NCBI GenBank assembly: GCA_963776245.1
Contig: CAVZLN010000004.1
Span: 128,001-192,000 of the forward strand
DNA length: 64,000 bases
Reading direction: 5' to 3'
Origin: Candidatus Eiseniibacteriota bacterium
GTDB lineage: Bacteria > Eisenbacteria > RBG-16-71-46
In this document: positions 27,457 through 37,753 of the stretch, piece by piece
Layout of the letters: every line of letters begins with the position of its first letter
Numbering within the stretch: the stretch's first letter is position 1
Translations under genes and position numbers: made by a program
Notes under the pieces: model-generated
Database searches by the model: none
What the model saw: the letters and a program-made list of their open reading frames with translations, nothing else
What the model was told of the DNA's origin: nothing

Positions 27457-28473
27457 ATGATCCGTTCCGTGGCCATCCTCGGCGCCACGGGACTCGTGGG
27501 CCGGGCCATGCTCGCGTGCCTCGAGGAGCGCGACTTTCCGTGCGCCGCGGTGCGCCTGCTCGCCAGCGACCGCGCCGCGGCGCGCACGCTCCCCTTCCGC
27601 GGCCGTGCCCTCCCCGTGGAACCGGTCACCGAACACGCGTTCGATGGGGTGGACTTCGCGCTGTTCGCGTCCTCCAACGAAGTGGCGCAGCGGTGGGCGC
27701 CGGTGGCGCGGGGCGCGGGCGCGTGCGTGATCGACAACAGCAGCGCGTTCCGATACCTCGACGACGTGCCGCTGGTCGTGCCCGAGGTCAACGGGGAACG
27801 ACTCGACCCGCGGCCGACGCTGATCGCGAACCCCAACTGCTCGACCATCGGCGTGGTCATGGCGCTGGCGCCGCTGGCGCGGGTGGCGCGACTCGAACGG
27901 GTCTCGGTCGCCACCTACCAGGCGGTCTCGGGCGCGGGCGCGGAGGCGAGCGAGGCGCTCGAGGCCGGGACGCGGGCGGGGCTCGACGGCCCTCCGCCGC
28001 CGCGCGAGGGCGGCCAGCCGCCGTTCGCGTTCAACGTGATCCCGCAGATCGACCGTTTCGAGGAGAACGGCTACACGCGCGAGGAGATGAAGGTGGTGTG
28101 GGAGACGCGCAAGATCCTCGGCCTGCCGTCCCTGCTGGTGACCTGCACCGCGGTGCGCGTGCCGGTGCGCGTGGGTCACTGCGCGGCGGTCGAGGCCATC
28201 TTCGATCCCGGCATCGGACCCGCGGAAGCGCGCCGGCTGTGGGCGTCGTTCCCCGGCGTGCGCGTGGTGGACGACCCCGCGCACCAGCGCTACCCGATGC
28301 CGCTGGACGCGGCGGGCCAGGACGCGGTGCTGGTCGGTCGCGCGCGACACGATCTCACGCATCCGCGCGGGCTGGTGTTCTTCTGCGCCTCCGACAATCT
28401 CCGCAAGGGCGCGGCGCTCAATGCCGTGCAGATCGCCGAAGTGGTGGCGCGGGCCGCGGCGGGCTCGCGATGA
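27457..28473 (+). CDS. asd: Aspartate-semialdehyde dehydrogenase
   Basis: GATGLVG, IDNSSAFR, VPLVVPEVN, IANPNCST, DNLRKGAALNAVQI. Confidence 0.96.
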   Translation: MIRSVAILGATGLVGRAMLACLEERDFPCAAVRLLASDRAAARTLPFRGRALPVEPVTEHAFDGVDFALFASSNEVAQRWAPVARGAGACVIDNSSAFRYLDDVPLVVPEVNGERLDPRPTLIANPNCSTIGVVMALAPLARVARLERVSVATYQAVSGAGAEASEALEAGTRAGLDGPPPPREGGQPPFAFNVIPQIDRFEENGYTREEMKVVWETRKILGLPSLLVTCTAVRVPVRVGHCAAVEAIFDPGIGPAEARRLWASFPGVRVVDDPAHQRYPMPLDAAGQDAVLVGRARHDLTHPRGLVFFCASDNLRKGAALNAVQIAEVVARAAAGSR

Positions 28474-29243
28474 GGGCGGCGGCGGGCGGTCGCCGGGGCG
28501 GGCAGCGGGCCGCGCCGCCCGGGCCGCGGCGCGCGAGCGTCGGACTGCTCCTGCTCGGCGCGATGGCGGCCGCGCTGGTGGCGGGCCGCATCGAGAGCGC
28601 GCTGGGCGCGCTGGCGGTAGCGGCGGCCGCGGGCGCGTGGGCGGGCGCCACGCGGCCTTCCCGCGGGTGGTGGCTGGGCGTGGGGGGCGGCATGGCGATC
28701 GCGTTCGCGTTCAACCTGTGGCTGGTGGAAGGCCGGGCGATCGGGCTGCCGGTGGTGCTCGGGCACGCGGCCACGGCGGAGGGCGCGGGACTCGGCGCGC
28801 TGCTGGCACTGCGGCTCGCCGGAGCGGCGGTGGCGGTGCGCGGACTGCGGGCGGCGTGGCCGGGGGAGTGCGCGGCCGACGAGGCGGCGCGGCTGCTGCG
28901 GCCGCTCGAGCGCCTGCGCGTGCCGGTGCGCGAGCTGCGCGCGATGGTCGGGCTGGCGCTGCGCATGGCCCCGCTGCTGCGCGAGGAAGCGCGCCGCATC
29001 GGCCGGCTCCAGACGCTGCGGGCGGGGCGCGCGCCGCGCACGCTGGCCGAGCGCGTGACGCGGGCGCGCGCCACGCTGGTGCCGGCGCTGGTGGGCGCGC
29101 TCGAGCGGGCCGAGCAGGTGTCGCTCGCCCTCGAGGCGCGTCACTGGCGGTCGCGACCGGTGCCGCCCGGAGCCCCCGCGGGCGCCTGGGGAGTGGGAGG
29201 GGCGCTGCTGTTCGTGTTCTCGCTGTGCTGGCGGGCGCGGTGA
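28470..29243 (+). CDS. EcfT/CbiQ-like transmembrane component
   Basis: TM N-terminus; LLRPLERLRVPVRE...LALRMAPLLREEARRI...Q..R...LERAEQVSLALEAR coupling helices. Confidence 0.7.
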   Translation: MRAAAGGRRGGQRAAPPGPRRASVGLLLLGAMAAALVAGRIESALGALAVAAAAGAWAGATRPSRGWWLGVGGGMAIAFAFNLWLVEGRAIGLPVVLGHAATAEGAGLGALLALRLAGAAVAVRGLRAAWPGECAADEAARLLRPLERLRVPVRELRAMVGLALRMAPLLREEARRIGRLQTLRAGRAPRTLAERVTRARATLVPALVGALERAEQVSLALEARHWRSRPVPPGAPAGAWGVGGALLFVFSLCWRAR

Positions 29244-29986
29244 GGACGTTCCGACTGGTGGTCGCGTACGACGGTACCGCGTTCCACGGCTGGCAGCGCC
29301 AGCCGGCGCGGCGCACCGTGCAGGGCACGCTGGAGAGGGCATTGACCGAGGCGCTGGGGGACGAGCAGGTCCGCATCACCGGCGCCGGGCGCACCGACGC
29401 GGGGGTGCACGCGCGGGGCCAGGTGGCGAGCTTCTCGTCTCCGACCCGCCTGCCAGCCTCGGCGCTGGCCCCGGTGGTGAACCGCCGCCTGCCGGACGAC
29501 GTGTGGGTGCGCGCGGCCTCCGTGGCGGAGCCGGGGTTCAACGCCCGCCACGCGGCGATCGCGCGCCACTACGCCTACCATCTGGCGGGCGGGGAAGACG
29601 TGCTGCTGCGACGCATCGCGTGGTATCCGCGTCGCGCGCTCACGGTCGAGGCGCTGCATCGCGCGGTGCGCGAGCTCGAGGGGGAGCACGACTTCTCCGC
29701 GTTCCAGGCCACCGGCAGCACCGCGGTCACCCCGCGCTGCCATCTTCTGCGGGCGCGGGTGACGCCGTGGGAGACCGGAGCGCGCGTCGAGGTGACGGCG
29801 GATCATTTTCTCTACCACATGGTGCGCAACATCGTGGGCACCGCGGTCGCGGCCGCGGAGACGGACGATCCGGCCGCCGCGATGAGGGCGGTCCTCGCGT
29901 CGAGGGACCGCGGCCGCGGCGGGATCACCGCTCCGCCGCAGGGACTGGTGCTGGAGGCCGTGTTCTATCCGGGAGAAGAGCCATGA
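29240..29986 (+). CDS. truA: tRNA pseudouridine(38-40) synthase
   Basis: AYDGTAFHGWQRQ, GAGRTDAGVHA, HDFSAF, FLYHMVR, TAPPQGL. Confidence 0.96.
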   Translation: MRTFRLVVAYDGTAFHGWQRQPARRTVQGTLERALTEALGDEQVRITGAGRTDAGVHARGQVASFSSPTRLPASALAPVVNRRLPDDVWVRAASVAEPGFNARHAAIARHYAYHLAGGEDVLLRRIAWYPRRALTVEALHRAVRELEGEHDFSAFQATGSTAVTPRCHLLRARVTPWETGARVEVTADHFLYHMVRNIVGTAVAAAETDDPAAAMRAVLASRDRGRGGITAPPQGLVLEAVFYPGEEP

Positions 29987-31146
29987 GCCGAGGACGCTTC
30001 AGATGGCCGGCGGCCGCCGCCGGATGGATGGCGCTGGCGCTGGCGGCGACCTGCGGGGCGCCCGGCGGGTGGCCCCGCGGCGTCGGGGCCGCGGTCGCGC
30101 ACGCGGGAGAGACCCTGTCCGGCAACCGGCGCACCGCCATCGTCACCGCCGCCCAGCGCGTCAGCCCGGCGGTGGTCTCGGTGAGCGTGGTCGCCACGCG
30201 CGTGGTGCGCTCGGATCCCTTCGGCGGGGCGCTCCGCGACGAGTTCTGGGAGCGCTTCTACCCGCAGTTGGAGCATCGGGAGCGGATCCCATCACTGGGG
30301 TCGGGGCTGATCGTGGATGCCAGCGGCGTGATCCTCACCAACGCCCATGTGGTGCGCGATGCCGAGGAGATCACCGTGACGCTCGGCGATGGACGGCAGC
30401 TGCCGGCCCGGGTGCTGGGCGGGAGCGTGACCTATGACCTCGCCGTGCTGAAGGTGGAGGGCAAGGGCCTGCCGGTGGCGCCGCTCGGGGACAGCGACGA
30501 TCTGGTCGTGGGGGAGTGGGCGATCGCGATCGGCAGCCCGTTCGGCTACCTGCTCAACGACACGCAGCCGACCGTGACCGCGGGCGTGGTGAGCGCCACC
30601 CGGCGCGACATCAAGTCCGAGGCCACGGTGAGTGGCGTGTACAAGAACATGATCCAGACCGATGCCGCGATCAATCCCGGGAACAGCGGGGGACCGCTGG
30701 TGAACGGGGATGGCGAGGTGATCGGGATCAACACGTTCATCTTCACGCAGGGGGGCGGCTCGATCGGGCTCGGGTTCGCGATCCCGGTGAACTTCGCGCG
30801 CCGGATCCTCGAGGAGATCCGGACCTACGGGCACGTGCGCGCCGCGTGGCCCGGCTTCCTGGTCCAGCCCGTGACACCGTATGTCGCCCAGCGCCTCGGG
30901 TTCAGCGACGTCGGCGGGCTGGTGGTCACGCGCGTGGAGCCGGGCGGGCCGGCCGAGAAGGCGGGCGTGCGCGTGGCGGACCGGCTGCGCAGCGTGAACG
31001 GCGCCCCCATCCGCTCGGTGGACGACGCGCAGGGCGCGATCTACGGCGCCGCCGTGGGGGACCGCCTGACGCTCGGCGTGGAGCGCGGCGGCAAGTCCCT
31101 CACCCTCACGGTGATCCTCGCCGAGGCGCCGCGGGGAACGCGATGA
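29983..31146 (+). CDS. HtrA/DegS-like serine protease with one PDZ domain
   Basis: LGSG, TNAHVV, DLAVL, IQTDAAINPGNSGGPL; single PDZ. Confidence 0.93.
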   Translation: MSRGRFRWPAAAAGWMALALAATCGAPGGWPRGVGAAVAHAGETLSGNRRTAIVTAAQRVSPAVVSVSVVATRVVRSDPFGGALRDEFWERFYPQLEHRERIPSLGSGLIVDASGVILTNAHVVRDAEEITVTLGDGRQLPARVLGGSVTYDLAVLKVEGKGLPVAPLGDSDDLVVGEWAIAIGSPFGYLLNDTQPTVTAGVVSATRRDIKSEATVSGVYKNMIQTDAAINPGNSGGPLVNGDGEVIGINTFIFTQGGGSIGLGFAIPVNFARRILEEIRTYGHVRAAWPGFLVQPVTPYVAQRLGFSDVGGLVVTRVEPGGPAEKAGVRVADRLRSVNGAPIRSVDDAQGAIYGAAVGDRLTLGVERGGKSLTLTVILAEAPRGTR

Positions 31147-32441
31147 TCGAGCGCTACGCGCGCCCGGCGATGCGCGCGGTGTGGAGCGAGACGCACCGTC
31201 TCGAGCTGTGGCTCGAGGTCGAGCTGGCGGCGACCGCGGAGCGTGAGGCGCGCGGCGAGGTCCCGGCCGGGACGGTCGCTCGGGTGCGGGAGCGCGTCCG
31301 CCTCGACCCCGACCGGATGCTCGCGATCGAGGCCGAGGTGCACCACGATGTCATCGCGTTCCTCTCGATGGTGGCGGAGAGCGCGGGCGACGACGCGCGT
31401 CACCTGCACGCGGGGATGACGTCGTCGGACCTCACCGACACCGCGCTCGCGCTCCAGATCGTCGAGGCGGGGCGCGAGCTGGCGGGCGTCACCGCGCGGG
31501 TGCGCCGCGCGGCGTTCGCGCTCGCCGAGCGCCATCGCGACACGGCCATGGTGGGACGCACCCACGGCGTGCATGCCGAGCCGATCACGTTCGGTCTCAA
31601 GTGCCTGGGATGGAGCGAGGAGCTCGGACGATCGATCGCGCGGCTCGGGCAGGCGGTCGAGGGATGCGCGGTGGGCAAGTTCTCGGGCGCGGTCGGCACG
31701 TGCGCGCACCTGGCGCCGGCCATCGAGGAGGGCGCGCTGGCCCGGCTCGGCCTGGCCCCCGAGCCGGTGGCGAGCCAGATCGTGCAACGCGACCGACACG
31801 CGGCCCTGGGGGTGGCGCTGGCGGTGCTCGGCGGCACCCTCGAGCGCATCGCGCTCGAGGTGCGCCACCTCCAGCGCACGGAGGTGCGGGAGGCGGAGGA
31901 GCCGTTCGGCGAGAGGCAGAAGGGCTCGTCGGCGATGCCCCACAAGCGCAATCCGGTGCGATGCGAACGCGTGTGCGGGCTGGCGCGCGTGCTGCGCGGC
32001 GCCGCGGTGGCCGCGCTCGAGGACCAGGCGCTGTGGCACGAGCGCGACCTCAGCCACTCGGCGGTCGAGCGCATCATCCTGCCGGACGCGTTCCTCGCCG
32101 CCGACTACATGAGCGCGGAGCTGGCGGCCGTGCTGGAAGGACTGCGGGTGTACCCGGAGCGCATGCGGGCCAACCTGGAATCGGGGGGCGGGCTGGTGTG
32201 CTCGCAGCGCGTGCTGCTCGCGCTGACCGAGGCCGGGATGGGGCGCGACGAGGCCTACCGCGTGGTGCAGCGCCACGCCCTCGCGACGCTCGACCGCGGG
32301 GTGTCGTTCCGTTCCGGGCTCGAGGACGATGCCGACGTGGCGGCGCGGCTGTCCCGCGCGCAGCTGGCCGCGTGCTTCGAGCTGGCGCCGTTCTTCCGCC
32401 ACGTCGGGGAGCTGTTCGCGCGCGCCGGGAGACCGGCATGA
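31143..32441 (+). CDS. purB: Adenylosuccinate lyase
   Basis: HDVIAF, MTSSD, GRTHGVHAEP, GSSAMPHKRNP, WHERDLSHS. Confidence 0.96.
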   Translation: MIERYARPAMRAVWSETHRLELWLEVELAATAEREARGEVPAGTVARVRERVRLDPDRMLAIEAEVHHDVIAFLSMVAESAGDDARHLHAGMTSSDLTDTALALQIVEAGRELAGVTARVRRAAFALAERHRDTAMVGRTHGVHAEPITFGLKCLGWSEELGRSIARLGQAVEGCAVGKFSGAVGTCAHLAPAIEEGALARLGLAPEPVASQIVQRDRHAALGVALAVLGGTLERIALEVRHLQRTEVREAEEPFGERQKGSSAMPHKRNPVRCERVCGLARVLRGAAVAALEDQALWHERDLSHSAVERIILPDAFLAADYMSAELAAVLEGLRVYPERMRANLESGGGLVCSQRVLLALTEAGMGRDEAYRVVQRHALATLDRGVSFRSGLEDDADVAARLSRAQLAACFELAPFFRHVGELFARAGRPA

Positions 32442-34789
32442 GCGTGCTGACCGCCGCCGCGCCGGCGTGGACGTCGGAGGAAGCGCGCGACCCGGCCCGC
32501 GTCTCGGCGCAGCTCCAGTCGGTGGGGGTGGTGCTCGAGCCGGACGAGGTCACGCGGCTGGGGCACCTGCTCGGGCGGCCGCCGCGCTGGGCGGAGGCGG
32601 TGCTGTTCGGCATCCTGTGGAGCGAACACTGCTCCTACAAGTCCACGCGGCACCTGCTCATGCGCCTGCCGACCTCGGCGCCGCAGGTCCTCCTCGGTCC
32701 GGGCGAGGACGCCGGGGTGGTGGCGCTGCCCGCACCGTGCGAGGACATGGCCCTGGTGCTGGCGCACGAGAGCCACAACCACCCGAGCCAGGTGCTGCCG
32801 GTCGAGGGCGCGGCCACCGGCGTCGGCGGGATCGTGCGCGACGTGGGCTGCATGGGCGCCGAGGTGGTGGGCGTCCTCGACGCGCTGCGCTTCGGGGACC
32901 CCGGCGGCGACGTACACGCGCGCGACGTGGCGCGCGGCGTGGTGCAGGGCATCGCGGACTACGGCAACGCGCTCGGCGTGCCGAACCTGGGCGGCGACGT
33001 GGTCTTCGCGCGCGGATTCGACCGGCATTGTCTGGTCAACGTGATGGCGGTGGGGCTGGCCCGGCGCGACGCGCTGCTGCGCAGCCGGGTGCCCGAGGGC
33101 GATGGCCCGTGGGTGTTCGTGGTGGTGGGCAAGCCCACCGACGAGAGCGGATTCGGGGGCGCCGCGTTCGCGTCAGGCGAGCTGGACGGCGACCAGCGGG
33201 GCGCCGTCCAGCTGCCGGACCCGTTCCTGAAGCGGGTGCTCCACATGGCGAACGCCGAGGCCTTCCGCCGCGTGCGCGAACGCGGCATCCGGGCCGGGTT
33301 CAAGGACCTCGGCGCCGGCGGCGTGGCGTGCGCGACCAGCGAGCTCGCCGCGGCCGGCGGGCGCGGCGCCGATCTGGTGCTCGACGATCTGCATCGCGTG
33401 TCGCGCGCGCTGGCCCCGGAGGTGCTCCTCAACGCGGAGACCCAGGAACGATTCTGCTGGGTGGTGCCCGAGGCGTTCGCGCCCGAGCTCGTCGAGGTGT
33501 ACACGCGCGAATTCGCGCTCGGAGACATCCACCCCGGCGCGGGCGCGAGCGTCATCGGACGCGCCAACGATCGGGGCGAGTACCGCGTCACGTGGCGTGG
33601 GGAGGTGGTGGTGGAGTGCGCCGTGGAGGCCATCACCGCCGGCCGGGCGGCGCCGCGCGCGGCCACGCGCCGCGACCCGGCCCCGCCCGCGCGCCCGGTG
33701 AAGTCCCACCCGCCGGCGCGCGACGCGCTCCTGCGCTTGCTGAAGTCTCCGGCGGGCGCGTCGCGTGAGTACCTGTACCGTCACTACGACAGCGAGGTCC
33801 AGGGGCGCACCTGGCTGCGTCCCGGCGAGGCCGACGCGAGCGTGATCCGCGCTCACCCGGCGCGGCCGCTGGGGCTGGCGTTCGCGGTCGGAGGGAACCC
33901 GTTCTGGTGCGCGGCGGACCCCGAGCTGGGCGCCCGACACGCAGTGGCCGAGGCGGCGCGCAACGTCGCGTGCGCCGGGGGACGGCCGTGGGCGCTGACC
34001 GACTGCCTCAACTTCGGCCACCCCGGGGACGAGACCGTGATGGGCGACCTCGAGGCGTCGATCGACGGGCTGGCGGCCGCGGCGGAGGCGCTCGGCGGGC
34101 TCGCGGCGGTCGGGCATCCGCTCCCGTTCGTGAGTGGGAACGTCAGCCTCCACAACCAGACCGGCGCGGACGCCGTGCCGCCATCGCCGATCGTGATGTG
34201 CGCGGGCGTGGTGGCCGACATCGCCCGTGCCACGGGCATCGCGGTGCGTGAGCCGGGTGGCTTCCTGGTGTTCGTGGGCGAGCCGCGCGACACGCTCAGC
34301 GGCTCCGCGTACCTGCGCGACGTGCTGCGACGCGCCGCCGGCGCGCCCCCTCCGCTCGACCTCGGCCGCGAGGCGCGGCTGCAGGATCTCGCGGTGCGGG
34401 CGGCGGAAGGCGGCTGGGTGCGCGCCGCGCACGACGTGAGCGACGGCGGCCTGATCCTGGCCCTGGCGGAGATGGCGCTCGCGGCCCCCCCGGAGAGCGG
34501 CCTCGGGATCGACACCGACCTCGCCACCCTCGAGGCCCCGCTGCCGCTGGCGCTCTTCAGCGAACGCGTCGGGATCGTGTTCGAGGTGCCGGCCGAGCGC
34601 GCGGCGCGCCTGTTCCAGGCGGCGCGCGATCGCGCGCTGCTGGCGTGGCCGATCGGCTCGGTGAGCGCCCGGCCCGTGCTGCGCGCGCTGGCCGGGGACG
34701 GCCGCGCCCTCGAGTGGACGCTTGAGGAGCTGCGCGCGGCGGCGGCGGCGCCTCTGCGGCGGCTGTGGAACGAGGAGGCGAGCCGATGA
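32438..34789 (+). CDS. purL: FGAM synthase large subunit (small-type PurL)
   Basis: WSEHCSYKS, ESHNHPS, GAATGVGGIVRD, DLGAGG, DCLNFG, SGNVSL, AHDVSDGG. Confidence 0.95.
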   Translation: MSVLTAAAPAWTSEEARDPARVSAQLQSVGVVLEPDEVTRLGHLLGRPPRWAEAVLFGILWSEHCSYKSTRHLLMRLPTSAPQVLLGPGEDAGVVALPAPCEDMALVLAHESHNHPSQVLPVEGAATGVGGIVRDVGCMGAEVVGVLDALRFGDPGGDVHARDVARGVVQGIADYGNALGVPNLGGDVVFARGFDRHCLVNVMAVGLARRDALLRSRVPEGDGPWVFVVVGKPTDESGFGGAAFASGELDGDQRGAVQLPDPFLKRVLHMANAEAFRRVRERGIRAGFKDLGAGGVACATSELAAAGGRGADLVLDDLHRVSRALAPEVLLNAETQERFCWVVPEAFAPELVEVYTREFALGDIHPGAGASVIGRANDRGEYRVTWRGEVVVECAVEAITAGRAAPRAATRRDPAPPARPVKSHPPARDALLRLLKSPAGASREYLYRHYDSEVQGRTWLRPGEADASVIRAHPARPLGLAFAVGGNPFWCAADPELGARHAVAEAARNVACAGGRPWALTDCLNFGHPGDETVMGDLEASIDGLAAAAEALGGLAAVGHPLPFVSGNVSLHNQTGADAVPPSPIVMCAGVVADIARATGIAVREPGGFLVFVGEPRDTLSGSAYLRDVLRRAAGAPPPLDLGREARLQDLAVRAAEGGWVRAAHDVSDGGLILALAEMALAAPPESGLGIDTDLATLEAPLPLALFSERVGIVFEVPAERAARLFQAARDRALLAWPIGSVSARPVLRALAGDGRALEWTLEELRAAAAAPLRRLWNEEASR

Positions 34790-35595
34790 TTGCGCGCGTC
34801 GCGGTGGTGCGCTTCCCGGGCGCGAACTGTGAGGCCGAGACCGTCCGGGCGCTGACGCGGGCGGGCCTCGAGGCCGAGATCATCCTGTGGACGCGGCCGG
34901 CTGCGGACCTGGAGCGCTTCGACGCGTACGTGCTGCCCGGCGGCTTCTCCTACCAGGACCGCGTCCGCGCCGGCGCGCTGGCGGCCAAGGACCCGCTGCT
35001 CGAGGTGCTCGCCGCGGGCGCGGCGCGGGGCAAACCGGTGCTCGGGATCTGCAACGGCGCGCAGGTGCTGGTCGAAGCCGGCCTGGTGCCGGGAGGGGGC
35101 CGCGTCGACCTGGCGCTGGCGCGCAACCGCATGGCCGACCGGAGCGGGTACTTCGCGCGCTGGGTGTACGTGCGGGTCGAGGCCTCGGACTGCGTGTTCA
35201 TGCGCGCGCTGGCGCCGGGCACGCTGGTCCCGCTGCCGGTGGCGCACGGGGAGGGACGCTTCACCGCCCGCGAGGCCACGCGGCTGCCGGCGCTGCTGGC
35301 GGCCGGACAGGTGCCGTTGCGCTACGCCACGCCCGAAGGCGAGCCCGCGGAGGGCTCCCCCGCGAACCCGAACGGCTCGGAGAGCGCCGCCGCCGCGGTC
35401 TGCAACGCGGCGGGCAACGTGCTCGCGATGATGCCTCACCCGGAGCGCGCGCAGGATCTCGGGGGCATCGCGCGCGTCATCGGCGGAGCGTGGGGGCGGC
35501 GGCGCGACCGTTCGCTCGAGGCCGGCGAGCACCAGGCGCCGGGCCCCGGGCTGCTGTTCTTCGACGGCCTCCGCCGTCACCTCGAGGAGGCGTGA
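34786..35595 (+). CDS. purQ: FGAM synthase glutaminase subunit
   Basis: FPGANC, PGGFSY, GICNG, AHGEG, NPNGS, MMPHPER. Confidence 0.95.
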   Translation: MIARVAVVRFPGANCEAETVRALTRAGLEAEIILWTRPAADLERFDAYVLPGGFSYQDRVRAGALAAKDPLLEVLAAGAARGKPVLGICNGAQVLVEAGLVPGGGRVDLALARNRMADRSGYFARWVYVRVEASDCVFMRALAPGTLVPLPVAHGEGRFTAREATRLPALLAAGQVPLRYATPEGEPAEGSPANPNGSESAAAAVCNAAGNVLAMMPHPERAQDLGGIARVIGGAWGRRRDRSLEAGEHQAPGPGLLFFDGLRRHLEEA

Positions 35596-36183
35596 TGGAA
35601 ATCCCGCGGCCCGCGCGCACCACGGCCCAGGTGTGGGTGGAGCTGGCGTCGCACGACCCGGAAGCGGTGTCGACGCTCGCGGTCGCGCGCGCCCGCCTGG
35701 CGGCCGGCGAGGGCCTCGAGGGCCTGCGCCGGGCGCGTCTGTTCGAGCTCACCGGCGCGCTGCCCGACGCGCTCCGAGATCGAAGCGCTGCTCCACCGCT
35801 CGAGCCAGTTCTACAACCCGCACAAGGAGCGGTGCACCGTGCGCCTCGCGGGGGGCGACCCGGCGCCGGTCCGCGACCGGGAGCGCGTGGTCGTCGTGGT
35901 GGAGCGCGGGGGGGAGCGCCGCGGCGCCGCCGAGCGCTGGTGGCGGCATCAGACCGGCTGCGCCATCCAGGTGCGCGAAGGGGTGGCGTGGGTGCTGCGC
36001 TTCGCGCCGGGGGTGGATGCCGACGACTGCGCGTCGGACCTCGCCCGGGTGCGCGATCGCGGGCACGGGCTGCTCTCCAACCCGCACGCGCAGGACGCGC
36101 GCGTCTCGGGTGCTGACGTGGCGCTGCCGTGCCTCACCGCCCCGCGCCGCGCCCGGCGGCGCGCTGCGTCGGAGCCGTCATGA
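35595..36183 (+). CDS. Divergent tandem PurS-like protein, apparent frameshift near 35775
   Basis: Lies between purQ and purF with coupled stop/start at both ends; DPEA and two NP motifs (FYNPHKE, LLSNPHAQ) recall PurS DP.G and LANP. Confidence 0.55.
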
Positions 36184-37622
36184 ACCCGCCGCCGGGACCG
36201 CGGCACTGGCGCGAGGAGTGCGGCGTGTTCGCGGCGGTCGGCGTCCCGCGGGCGGCCGAGGTGGTGGCGCTCGGCCTGCACGCGCTCCAGCACCGCGGTC
36301 AGGAGGCGACCGGGATCGTCTCGAGCGATGAGGCCGGGGACTTCCACAGCCACAAGGGCCTCGGCCTGGTCTCCGACGTCTACCGCGGGTTCGACTTCGG
36401 CCGGCTGCCGGGCGCGCTCGCCATCGGGCACAACCGCTACTCCACCGCGGGCGGGCTGTCGCTCGAGAACACGCAGCCGCTGCGCGTCGTGTACCGCGGC
36501 GGGCCGCTGGCGCTCGCGCACAATGGGAACCTGGTCAACGCGCGGGACCTGCGCGAGGGTCTCGAGGGCTCGGGGTCGATCTTCCAGACCACGCTCGACA
36601 CCGAGATCTTCCTGCATCTAATGGCGCTTTCGAACGCCGAGCGCGAGGAGGAGGCGCTGCTGGATGCCGCGCGCCAGGTGAGCGGGGCGTACTCGCTCGT
36701 GGTGCTCGCGCGCGACGCGGTGTACGCCCTGCGCGATCCCCACGGGTTCCGCCCGCTGTGCCTTGGACGGCTGGCCGACGGCTATGTGGCCGCGAGCGAG
36801 ACCTGCGCGCTCGACCTGGTGGGGGCCGACCTGCTGCGGGACGTCGAACCGGGCGAGCTGGTGCGCATCGACCCGCACGGCATCCGCGCCCGGCGCGCGC
36901 TCCCGGCGGCGGAGCCGCTGCAGCAGTGCATCTTCGAGCACATCTACTTCTCCCGCCCCGACAGCCGGGTGTTCGGCGAGAGCGTGGACCGGGTGCGCCG
37001 GCGGATCGGCCACCGGCTGGCCGAGGAGCATCCGGTCGCGGCCGATCTCGTGATCGCGGTGCCGGACTCGAGCAACTCCATCGCGCTGGGCTTCAGCGAG
37101 CGCTCCGGGACGCGCTTCGAGCTCGGCCTGATCCGCAATCACTACGTCGGGCGCACGTTCATCCAGCCGCTCCAGGCCGGCCGCGATTCGAGCGTGCGCG
37201 TGAAGTTCAACCCGGTCCGCGAGATCCTCGACGGGCAGCGGGTGGTGGTGGTGGACGACTCCATCGTGCGGGGCACCACCAGCCGCAAGCTGGTGCGCCT
37301 GCTGCGGCGTGCCGGCGCGCGCGAGGTGCACTTCCGCGTCGGCTCGCCCCCGGTCACCCATCCCTGCTTCTACGGCATCGACACGCCCAGCCGCCGCGAG
37401 CTGATCGGCGCGCTCAAGACCGTGGACGAGATCCGCGACTACCTCGGGGTGGATTCGCTCGGATACCTGTCGCTCGACGGCCTGCTCGCCTGCGAGCGGG
37501 ACCGCGCCCCATTCTGTCGCGCGTGTTTCGACGGGCGCTACCCGCTGCCGGTGGACGCGCGCAGCGGCAAGCTGGCGCTCGAGGACCTGCACCGCGGCGC
37601 GGGGACGGGCCGCACGCGCTGA
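36180..37622 (+). CDS. purF: Amidophosphoribosyltransferase
   Basis: Propeptide EE-CGVF, LQHRGQE, GHNRYST, HNGNLVN, VVVDDSIVRGTT, FYGID. Confidence 0.97.
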   Translation: MNPPPGPRHWREECGVFAAVGVPRAAEVVALGLHALQHRGQEATGIVSSDEAGDFHSHKGLGLVSDVYRGFDFGRLPGALAIGHNRYSTAGGLSLENTQPLRVVYRGGPLALAHNGNLVNARDLREGLEGSGSIFQTTLDTEIFLHLMALSNAEREEEALLDAARQVSGAYSLVVLARDAVYALRDPHGFRPLCLGRLADGYVAASETCALDLVGADLLRDVEPGELVRIDPHGIRARRALPAAEPLQQCIFEHIYFSRPDSRVFGESVDRVRRRIGHRLAEEHPVAADLVIAVPDSSNSIALGFSERSGTRFELGLIRNHYVGRTFIQPLQAGRDSSVRVKFNPVREILDGQRVVVVDDSIVRGTTSRKLVRLLRRAGAREVHFRVGSPPVTHPCFYGIDTPSRRELIGALKTVDEIRDYLGVDSLGYLSLDGLLACERDRAPFCRACFDGRYPLPVDARSGKLALEDLHRGAGTGRTR

Positions 37623-37724
37623 ACGGGGCACGGCGGACTTCGGGCCCCCGGGGAGCGAGGGTGCGCGCGAGGGAGCGCGGCCGCCGGCGCCGCGCGAGAC
37701 ACGGGGGCCCGGTTCGGGCGCCGC

Positions 37725-37753
37725 TTGACGCGCCCGCGCGCGCTTCCTAGAGT
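37725..37753 (+). promoter_or_regulatory. Putative sigma70 promoter TTGACG-N17-TAGAGT for the lysS operon
   Basis: Consensus-like boxes with 17-bp spacer; SD AGGAG before ATG 37810. Confidence 0.6.
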
